Shown here in pieces: positions 37,901 to 49,900 of a stretch of DNA of 64,000 nt (positions are counted from its first letter, which is position 1; every line of letters begins with the position of its first letter). The notes beneath the pieces are model-generated. The model was not told the DNA's origin, ran no database searches, and saw only the letters and a program-made list of their open reading frames with translations. Origin of the DNA: Phoronis australis (taxonomy: Eukaryota > Animalia > Phoronida); assembly GCA_002633005.1 (NCBI GenBank), contig NMRA01000019.1, forward strand, positions 1,259,052-1,323,051, written 5' to 3'. The translations under genes were made by a program, and so were the position numbers.

Positions 37901-40900
37901 CGTCTGCACTGCAGAGAATCTCAGCAAGTATAAGTGCATGTTCTTAGTAACATGAAAACTCTCACTATTTTGACGGCAAAATTCCAATTACAGGATGTCC
38001 AAGCCCCCCACTAACTTTGCTGGTAATTCCCTTTCAATCTCGGACAAGAGGGGAGGTTACTTTCACGATGAATTTAGCTTCAGACCAGCCATCATGATGT
38101 AGAACTACAGGTCATTTTGACTGAATACTTTCGGCGTATACTGCAGGTGACTTAACTTTGCACTGGGTGGCTTAGTTACCAACTCCAACTGGGCTTTTGA
38201 GCCCTTGGTATCACTGGTTAGGTGGTCTTAATATTGACTAAGGTGCGTTATTTCACTTCAGTTGGTATCGTCTGCAATACCTGCTTCCCCAGCATTGTCC
38301 AGCTGATCTAAATCTGAAAGTGCCACCAACCCAATATATGAAGAGAATCTCGGTCTGCAACTTGTAACGTGCAATTGAAAAACTAAATAATTACTTTGAT
38401 ATATCACAATCGTCCCTATCATACCTCAGGTTTCTGCTCCACCATATTAGACACCGCGTCAATGGCAGACAAGATGAAACCTTTGTCCAACTTGATACTG
38501 AACTCTTGTATGAGTACCTTGAAATACCTGAGGAGACACAGACCACATTATGTAAGTAATCAGTCACAACAATGCTCAAGAGGAAAACTGCTGCTTACTA
38601 GAAAACCTCGCTTTTATAACTCCAGTATTCATAAAATGCTTTTTAAGTGAAATTTAGCTTTGTTTAGCAGGCCAAAAACGAGCATAGAATTAACCCTCTT
38701 CCTCTTAAAAAATCATTCTCATATTCCTCACTATTGATGATAGAATTGTATTTCCATTACCAACTCAAGTCACAGCCAATGCGTACATGCACCATTTTTT
38801 AATTCAAAATTTTATCAATTATTGCTTTCAATGCTTGAAAGATCGTACTTGATCACATCGACGTTGTTCTCTGGCACAGTTTTTCTCAGTAGCGCCATCT
38901 CTATGAATGGTTTAGGACCCGTCTTACGTAGGATGTACCCAGGCAGTGGGGTCGGGTGAAGTACTGTAGGGAAGTACGCATCAGGCAGCTGGTTGTCCAC
39001 CTGGTGGAGATTGGAAGAACTAATAGAAAACAACCTTCCATCTTGCAAATGTAACAACAGTTAAGGTTACATAAGACCCTAGAAAAATGGCAAAATTTCG
39101 CTAAATTTCGAACATCATATCTCAGAGATGGCTGAACAGATTCATGTGAAACTTTCAGATACTATATTTAATATACTGTTATCCAAAACAATGGTAGGAA
39201 TTGTTTTTAAAATGTTCCATTTTAGCATGAAAGGCTATCAAATATATATGGTTTTCATGGAAAAAATCTAAAGTTGCATAAAACGAAAACAAAATATTTT
39301 AGAGAACTGTAAGTGTTTTTAGATCGTACCATGAACATTCATATCAATAGAAATTGATCCAAATATACCTTTCCCTTTTGCTAAAATTTACTATAAAGAC
39401 ATGGTCACGTGACCCAATTAATGTCAGATTGGTAAAAAGTCAAAATTCTACAAGCTTGTACTTTTACCGAGATGAAATCAACAGCTTAGTAGATATTTTG
39501 ACTAAAAGCTCAGACTTGTTGATAAGGTCTTACCTTAAGTTAATGTGTGTACCACACATACTTGGTGAATATAAATACATTTTAATATATACTACCTTGT
39601 GAATGTCTCAAAAGTGAACTTAAAATTTGCAAAAGCTTGAAACTGTGTCGACTGAGCAACATAATGAATAATAACCCATTAGTAAATCTATTTGATCTCT
39701 GCACACTCCAGACATGTATGTATATGAGTACCAAGCTACAAAGCTGAACATGACAGAGAATAGATATTAAATATCATGTGAGTCACCTGTTGTGTTTAAG
39801 ATGTTGTGAAATAATTGATGGCGTGATCAAATGTAGTAGCCAAACAGTTTGAGCAAAGCTTAATCATTCTCACACGTTCATTGACTGTTTATTTACCTCA
39901 TAAGGTGATGCATGACCATATTGACTAGTCTATGTAACTATAGGTTTTAGTAGAAAGACTGTAGAATTTGATGTTTGACTTTATACCAAGCTGTCATTAA
40001 TTGGGTGAAATGGTTAATAATATGTTTTCATCAAAATTAAGAAAAAAAAGGTACATTCACAGCTTAACAACATCATGACCAGATTTCAATTCATAAAACT
40101 GATCCAAGATGAAATCTCACAAACACTGTTCCAGTTTTCTAAATGAACATTTCGTTTTCATTTCATGCAACTTTTGATTTTTTCATAAGAATAAAAAATC
40201 CTATTTTTGATAGCCCCTCATGCAAAAATGGAACATTTTAAAAACAATTCCTATTACCATTTTAAAAAACAGTGCATAAAGTTTTCTGAAAAGTTCAAAT
40301 GGATCTGATCTGACATTTCTAAGATATGCGACATTCTGAAGTTTGCCAAAGTGGGTCACCTTTCGATGGTCCTACATAACCTTAAAATATGGACTATCAT
40401 TATGCAAAATTCAAATCACCCAACTGCTCCCAATCCTTAAACATAACAAGATGGTGATGAGTGATAATCAAACCTGCAGTCTGTGAATCTTTGCCAGAAC
40501 TCTGTAATGATGTAATGATTGCCAATACTGGCACCAGATGGCAGGACTGCTAACACGACGTAAAGCACCTTCAAATGGCTTGGTCATCTGCATGTTCAGT
40601 AAGTCAGCCTACCAGAAAAGTAAATTATCAAGCATTAAAACAATTGAAGCTAAAATGAGCAACAGACCCTTTTAAGCAACGTATTGGATGCGGACTGTAA
40701 ATATGGCCATTCTTTGCCTATTTTGCACATAGCACGAGAAAATAGTGGATTCATATATTGTCAAATTTTGGAAGGAAAAAAAAATTCTTACAAAGAAATT
40801 CTATAAATTATTGTTTTTAAAGTTCTGTACAACAGTCACAAACCAAGAGCTGCATGAAATAACTAAAAGAATTATCTGATAACAATGTAGACTTTTGTTA

Positions 40901-43900
40901 AACATTAAAGAATTCAATAAAAAACGGCCACACATTTCTTGAAAAGCAGCATGTCAAAGATGGACTTAGAGATAAAATATACAAGTCACCACTAGTTAAG
41001 AGCTATTCATGCCAACAACCTGCTAAAAACAAAGTGGGAACATATAGTCTGCTCTCCCAAACTTACAGCCACATAATCCTGGAAGTTTGCTTCAGCCTGA
41101 TCGTTCCTCCACTTGTCCTCGAGAAATGAGGATAATTCCAGACCTAGGGTCTTCCACCTGTTGCGTTTAGTCTCCACTTGCCAGAAGGCAGGGCAGTTAG
41201 TCAGTGACGCATATGCCACCTCTTGGTACATGCTGTTAACTAGGGAGATACCGACGCCATCTAGTGAGGCAAAAATGGCTACTGTTGCCTGCTCCATTTC
41301 ATTGGACTAGAAAAAAATGTGAACAAGTCATCATGTTACACATGGCTAAATAAATTCGAACAAACGATCACTTTACATACAACTGAATAAATCATATACA
41401 ATATACAATATACAAAGTGACTGAACCAATGTCAAATGTCATCATTTGTAATCAGCTTCACAGGAATACATCTGTCAAATCTCATAGAAATACTGCAAGG
41501 CATTTACCAGATACAGCAACACACACCATACGCCCGGACAGAGATGAGAGCAATATGCACCTACATAATTACGTACATGTGGGAGCATTAAAATAAAGAA
41601 TTATTATGCACCTTTCAAATTTTATATAAATATAGTTGGATATTAATTAAGCATTCTAAGTTGTGTGTAAGCAATGTGCAGAGATAACTACAACAACTGA
41701 ATACAGAAAATTTACAAAACACTGGTCTCATAAATGACTGACTGCAAACTTCGCTGTACCTTCCTTGCCTTCTTGGCAATCCTCTCATCCTGTGTGAACA
41801 GCAGCACCCTCTGGTGGCCTTCCATATAAGATGTCCAGAAGACAGTCATCCGGTCAGTGCGCGTATTGAGAGCCACTGATTTATTGCCAGTGGTGATCAA
41901 CTCAGCTTCACTGTCATCTAAACAAATTGAAAAAACAACCAGTTAGCAGAACACAGCGTTGGATAGATGTTTAAGCAAATAATGAAACAGTAAAAGTAGA
42001 AATTCCTTCAAGTTATGAGAGCACAAAATCAACTTTTGCCTGACCAAATTCGAATTCTGGTATGCAAGAAAGAGTGAGTCGACAACACACAGAACACAAT
42101 TGATGTTATTCACATGCAAATTGCAACACTGGACTTTTGCATGAATGATATGAATATCTCACCGTATAACAGTTACTTGACAGCATGATGACCACAAAGA
42201 ATTTATAAAAAATCACCGAAATCAAACTGCATTAAGTTTTCATCTAATTTACAGGTGATACTGTATCGCCATCTAGTGACGACTCATTTTTCATTACGCT
42301 GTCTCTTGATGGGAAAGTGGCTATTTTGTGAAATCTTATAGCACCTGATCTTTGATTACTCTTAAACCATCGATGAAGTGACATGTAACAGTTCTACCAA
42401 ATGCTCCAATCACATGTTACTTCTAGGTTGACAAGCTAAAAAGCTACCCAAAATATACACATTAAGACTGGGATTTATAAATTGAACACAGGGCTTGTTT
42501 TCATAAGCAACATAAAAGCGTTCTCTATGTTTTGGCCAGTGAAGATAATACAACAAAGTGATGAGGTTTAAACACAGCTACAACATCTAGTTAAAGCAAT
42601 ATATTGATGATAAAAACTAAAAAAACCTCCCAGATGGTTTCAATTCCAGACATCAGTTTCCAAATTAAGGCTAAATTCAGATATCAATCAAATCCACTGT
42701 TAAGCGTTCCCACGGTCCTTCGTCAGTATCAAGACTCGACGGCCAACTACCTTGTTACAAACGCACGCTTTTGGGTCGGCACATCGGGATATAGCCTTGT
42801 CATTATCAGATTGACAGTGGTGTACTAATGTTTACATAGTCCAGCTCTCTCATTGTCTGCTTTCATCTGATGCTCCAATAATCCAGTAATTACATTGTAA
42901 ACAGCACGCATGACACTAACCGATATTTAAAAATACTATTTGCAAATGTCATGAAGCACATGTGTTTTGTATGAAATACTTTCAACAAAAAAGTTCGAAT
43001 GGAGAAAAACGGTAGACTTTTAGAGAAATTAGACTTAACTTTTCACTTGTTGGTTCCTTTGTGTGACAGCAAGTTCTGACCATCTTAACCACAATATTGT
43101 GTACCAACACAAACGGTGTGCTTGATAAGTTTAATCGAACGTAATTCTAGATTAGATCATGAAATTTCTTGATTCTTACACTCCAGCAGAATGGTACGTA
43201 ATGTACCATGACTCAAAGGGTTACTAAAACCATGAAAAGATTTCCTCTTGTTACAGCCTGTTACCTCAAAATCTTCTGAAAATCTAGACAGGTCCTGTTT
43301 GTAGGAGAGAACTGCAGGGCACCAAGAATAGTGGGGGTTCATAAAAGAGTGGTAAACCATACGTGAATGAACATTAGACAACCATGTAATCATACACGCA
43401 GCAGTGTCAACAGTAGTCAAGCTTTATTTTTAGAAACCCAATGCTGCTTTCGCGCCTGATGTGTATGAGGCGACCCTGAACAGTCTTCCCATTCACAAAA
43501 CACTGCACCTGTGTAACAGTCCACATTTCCTCTGCCTCTCAACTCCTGTCAGCTGTATCATGTTAATCATCATAAATAAAGCTTTTTAACTGCCAAAGCA
43601 TGACAACGAAAAAAGGTCAAAGCATGAAAACAAAAAAGCATTATCAGAAGAATACTAAAAATATTACAATACTAACATTCACAAGAAAACAAAAAAGGAA
43701 AAGAAATGCAAACAACATTGAACCAGTGGAGACAACACAAGTAGCGCCACCTACCATCTGAACTAGATTCTATACCCTTTTTGGTTTCTTCACTGACAGG
43801 TGTACCAAGTATTGTGGTGATTGTAGACACTGTCAAGTTGGCCTTCTCAATGAGCAGTGCACTAATTTTTCCTGGGAGCAGTGGTTGGGAGAAACCAACA

Positions 43901-46900
43901 CCGGGGTTAGAGGTCAAACAAAGGTTACAAAAACTTGACTTGACAGATCACATTGGACTACACACAGAAATTGGATGACAATTTTTACCAATTGCACACA
44001 GTAACTTTTTCATTCACACAAAAGTTTGGATGGATCACACAAAAAGTAAAACTATTTCCAAACGAAATGAATCGAACCATAACCATGTTAACAATGTGGC
44101 ATAAGAAAAAATATTATGGAACAGCACCCCAACCACAAAATAAACGAATAAATTTTTGATAAATTTCCAACCAAAATACTCCCATACTCTATGAACCCCA
44201 CGTCACCACTCAACCACTGTCTTATGGCCTCTCTAAACCATTCTGTACACCAAACCATACAATCTGATACACTATACACAGCCTCACCTTCAGGGTCTAA
44301 CATACTGGTGTCAATGAACCTCTCAGGGTGCTCCACCAGCCCTGTACGGCGGACAGTCTGGATGGCAACCTTGACCTCACCGCTGGCATCCTACAAAATG
44401 AAACAAGAAAGCACGCCCATGGCGAATCCGTTTGCATCATTCTTCTTGTTAAACAAACACTACACACACACTCACTTTATTTCCGCCATCAACAACTAAA
44501 CAACATGTAAAGATATTTCATGTGTTGATTAATATGACAATTAAAATTATGAATTTGAAAATGTAACCGTGTCAATATGAGTTTCATGTTTAATAACAAT
44601 GATAATGACAATAATAATCACAGTAGGGGGAAGTAGTAATTACTACTACTGCTATTATTATTATTACTAATGAAGAAGTTGAAAATATATAAAGTCAAAT
44701 AAAGGCATAAATTTGAAAAATTTAAAGAAATTTTCAAGATTCTGCCATAAGTTGACAAATAACTACACTTCATTTTCTAAGTAAAAAGAATGCATCTCCC
44801 TGATATGAGTGTTTACATGTTACAATTAACTAGATACTAATTTTGCTAAACTCAATTTAGTCAATGAAATATCGGAACAAAATTTGCGCCCATGCATGAT
44901 ATACCTTTACTGTGATTTATAATCTCCGCCAGTAATCCAGTGCAGCTTTTTATGCACTTGATTTTGATGAGTTACAAAAAACACTTCAAACAAAAACTAT
45001 CATGATGCTTACCTTGGTAATGACGGCAGGGTGACTTGGCTTCTTGCTGTTGTAGACATTCCACATTAATGTTCGCTCCGCTGTTGGGTCGTCCCAAGTA
45101 TAGAGAACAGACTGATTGGCTGACAACACTATCACCTGACCTTGGTTCCTAAAAAACACATGAACGTTAAATAAAGATGCCTAGTATCCTAACTTGCAAA
45201 TTTTCTGCATCGTTTTAACTTAACATGTGATATCACACAAGATTTCACATCATTCTTGAAAAATTTTTCATAATTTGACAAAAGCTTCAAAAATGAGGTT
45301 TATGCCACTAGTGGAATTCAACAACTGTAGAAATATGGTGTTTAATATAATTCATTCCGTGAATGTGCAATGGTGGCGCACCAGTAAGGGACAAAATCAG
45401 AAAAACATAACTAGTAAAGAAAAACCACCTGAAGTACATGATATATGAATTCCAACTCTCATAAAATGTTCAACACAAAAAATGCTCACAAACTGATGTC
45501 ACTGTTACAGTAAATCTTACCACTTTAGGACACAATATGAAATTTTATTCCTTTATTTTTCATGACAGAGAAGTAGCTCCAACTAAATGTTTTGACATTT
45601 TAAAGTTCTGCACCATAGCTACCACCAGGCAATGTTTTGACAAACTGTGGTCATTCCTAGCAATGTTATAAGGCTTTTAAAAAAACGAAGAGACCTAAAT
45701 TTTTTGAAAATGGTGAGATTTTACGGTATCAATGATTGTATCGTTTGTACAAAAAGCAAAAGAATGAAATTTAGAGCTAACATGAAAAAATACTCTTACT
45801 TTTGGTGTATCTTAATAAAGGCATCCTCGCACAAATTCTCCACCCGTACAGGGGCGTCGCCTGGCTGATAGTCCTCAAATGTGACAGTGATTGACGACTC
45901 AGTACCGCCCGCAACAGCAACTGACAGAGCAGTCTGCAATGCAGCACAAGATTGATATTTATTGAAATATCACAGACTTTCAGGTTGAGATAACATATTT
46001 AAAAACAGCTATCTCTGCCGAATAAAGTGTATGTTTATTATGCGATAATAATATCAATGACGCACTGATACATTAATTCTGAACAATATACTACAACAGG
46101 TTTAACGCATAAGAAATTACCCCCTTGTTCATGCGTAGAATCGTGGAGTGTGATTTGTTTATGGGGAAGTGGCTTGAACATACAGCACTGTCAGCATACT
46201 TGACAAACATCTTCATGGAGTCTGTCAGGGGCCAGTAAGGCAGACACTGAAAGTACACAACTATTTAGAGTCAGTCTATTTCAGCTGTATAATGCAGTAG
46301 GTAAATAAAATGACATACCAGTCAACTCCTTCTGAGTTTAGAAATCATTGTAAGCATCAGTCAGGTACGCGTGGAGATCAAGTAGCCTCAGCATTAATGA
46401 CATCAAAAACTGTCAAAAGACAGGAAATGGCTGGTTTGACATATTAACACCAGTGGGGTCTAATTTTGTCTGATCTCAAGTCAGTCCAAACACCAAGCAC
46501 AACTCCCACAATATTGCCCAACATCAATTGTCTGCCCTGGCTTGTTATGAACTTTTACTTACAAACCACCATATTACATTATCTCCCCTGACTAACAGAT
46601 CTCATCTGTCTCATCACCAGACAATTGCCTGGTCCTCCATAAAGAGTAACTCCAAAACATAACCACATTATCTCCCATGTTATATTACCTCCCCTGGCTT
46701 GATATGTAGCCACAGATCGTACACATCAGCGTTCTCATCTGTCTCCTCATCAGACACATATGGCTGCTCCTCCATAAACAGTAACTCCTGCTCAGTTTTG
46801 TTGATGACCAAGAAGAACGGACAGATGGTGATGATCTTTGTCAACTGTTGTTTGGACATGACAATGTGAAGTAGAAACTGGAAAAGACAGTGTTATCTAC

Positions 46901-49900
46901 AATTATCACTTGGTTATTTGCTTCAATAGGCAACAACAGGCTGCCAGTATAGAAAGATACTTTGAGCACTAGCGACCCCTGGAGACATTCACTGACAGAT
47001 CTAGGATGTTGTGAGGGGACAACACAATCTCCACATGACAAACGGGTGCAGGACCCCTAAAATGGGACACCGGTGATGTTTTTGGCCATGTCTTCAGAGG
47101 CCTCTTCAAGACAATGCCACAAAGTCTTCAAGACCCCAAAATTTTGGACAGCTGCCTGTACTTGAAAAGAAATGTCTTGGTCGTACTGTGCTACTATGGC
47201 AGAGCAAAACTTCAACAGTAAGCGTTGCAGTTTGTAATCTCTCTTCAATTTTGGACAACAATAATTGCCAAAATAGAAGTTCCACATTTCCTAAAATTGA
47301 TTATATTGTTGAAATGCCCAACATTTTACCAACAACAACAGCAATTATAATAGTTCTTAATAATACACCAAGTGTCAAGATTTTTTTCTCTTTTTGAGAA
47401 ATATAATTTCAGAAGTATTTTTATATATTTACCAAACTGAGGACCTGTATTAAAATTTAACATTAAAAAATTCTTGCACAAGATGCAAAATCTTTTTCTT
47501 GTTACCACTCTTAAAAGCAGTACTGATGAGGTTATTAAAGTTGCACAATTCATGTCAAAAACAAAAATTTTACACAACATTTCTTACCTGATATTTGGCC
47601 TTTCTCTCCTTGTTGTGACAAATCACAACACCTGAACTACCCACAGTGTCTAGACAGAATGATGAGGACCATTTACCGGTATTGTACACACGCAGTTTGC
47701 ACTGGAATAATCACCATGGAAACACCATGAGAACACAATGTCTACCCCGAGTACCACTGTTATATCAGCTTTAAATGAATGAGGAAACTAAAAGAAACTC
47801 TGATAAATCAATGACCAATCTATGAAAATTAAACTATTTTGTGTTTCAAAGCGTACCTTTTTCCTCTTGTGTTTCTTATACCTGAACAACACAGGGTCAG
47901 TGTAGGGATCACTACCGTTGCCAAACACAGCATCAGATCGAGAGCCCTGAAAAATGTACTAATGGCATAAACAAACTTAGGATCATAATGTTGCAGTTAG
48001 CTTATTAGCACATCAGATTCATTCCCAGATTAAGAGTCTTTGACAGTTTCTAGAACAAATTAAGTTTTAAAAATGAATATTAAACTGTGTTACTTGATGC
48101 CTGTCACTGTAATAAGTGAATATCGTTTGTTGATGAATAATAAAGTACCACTGGTTGCCTAAGCTGATTGACTGACATGAGGTTGATCAATACACTGTTT
48201 TTAGCTGGTACTCACCCTGAACTCCAGGGGGAGACCCGTCTTGTTCACCAGCCAATAGGGAGAGTACACATGCAGATGAACTGTGTCTGACCTCACGGTG
48301 TGCATGCTAAGACTCAGCTGGCTGGATTCAAGCTCTGCCTCCTTGTCGGGCTCCATGGAGATGGCCTTGAACTCTTCTACCTCCTCAGTGAGCTCAATAC
48401 TGCCAGACCAATTATCATCCATGTAGTCAAGCACCTAGGAAGGACAATATGAACAATTACAATGTACAAATAAAACTACAGTAAGAAAGATTAGCACTGT
48501 TTGACCCTATGTGGTTGCAAATCAAGTCTAATCAGACTGACACTTATTTCTATTAAGCACTTCTATTTTGGACAAGACATGCAGTTTTCCAGTCCCAAGA
48601 CTGGAGTTAATTTATAAAATGTGACAAAACAGAATGTTCAGTCAAGAATTAGTCGTATATACAAAAAGTAACAAAACTGCGTAATAATTGAATGTGATTG
48701 TTCAAGTCTAGTACAGTTGTGTCAAGTCAAAGATGTCATGTAAACAGAGTACTACATAACCCGTGGTGAAGGCAGGACATCCAGAGTCCCAAGTCCAATT
48801 TTTTAATGTTTTCAAAACTAAGACTTATTAACAGAGCACAGAAGCAATGCTCACTCACCTCTGAGCCAATATCACACAATGAATACAGTAAAGATCAACA
48901 ATTTAGGAAACAAATATGAAAATTATTTTTTCATTTTTTTCCAAAAAAAATGAAGTGTGACAATTTTTCCTTTAAAATAAAGTGTGATAAATCAAATGAA
49001 TGAATTATCGTTTTTAAGTTTTACATAAGGGTCAGGGTGGTCAGAATGCACCCGCGACTAACCCCATGTTACTGGTGGTCACTCATGAATAGAGCTTCCT
49101 CACAATAGTTTCAAAAGAGCTATTGTGAGTCAGCCACCACACCAGCTGGGGATTACCTGATTGCTGAACGATAAACCAGTGCTTGCAGAAAACGAGATTG
49201 TCATACTCACAAATTTAGCCCTTTATTCTTAATTTCATGTATACCATTAAAATTGTTGATCAAAAACATCTCTGCGTTCGAATGATGAAATTTGATGTAC
49301 AACTTCCCGATTCATAAAAATATTGCACACACGAGAAGCTGTATATATTAATGCCCATGTGATGCGGTCCCATTCAGTTGACAAAAATGGTCGGTTAAAG
49401 CTCAAGAAAACTGAAAATATTATTCTGAAGATACCTAAAACTTGATATGTTACTTTTTGTGTAACAGGGCCAAGAAACAGTTACTTATTTCGCATTTTAT
49501 GGAATTAAGTGAGAAACTATTTTCTTGCCCATTGACAACCGACTGTAGTGCGCAGACGACAAGTGACCATGCAACGCTCCACTTGGATTGCTACTAATTC
49601 TCACATGGCAACAGTGCAGAAGTGCGCACGTGCAAGCTTCACATGTTGGAGAGATTAACTACCGAATTCGCCCTAATAAGACCCCATTCCCCTATAAGCG
49701 CCCCCTAGCGTTTTCTGACTGCTAAAATAAGTGCCCAGAGCATGAAAGCCGCCGTACTTGCAAAAAAATGCCTTACCTACAGTTAAAATTGTATAGTAAC
49801 GCCTTCAATTTATCCATAAGAATGTAAAGTCCTGAAAAAAATCATTGTGTGCAAAATTTGTAGACCACGAGCCTTGCCGCTATGTCGGTATTAGCCGTGA

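Noticed and set aside
42690-43310. Additional VPS13 microexons (e.g. 43265-43294 [10 protein letters not shown]; ~42700-42770)
   Set aside because: Splice-like signals are present, but the phases do not fit the flanking phase-1 junctions or they introduce stops.
43331-44201. Inverted pair gtgggggttcata / tatgaaccccac flanking the cassette exon as a splicing-regulatory duplex
   Set aside because: Only about 12 bp with a bulge; could arise by chance, and there is no conservation evidence.
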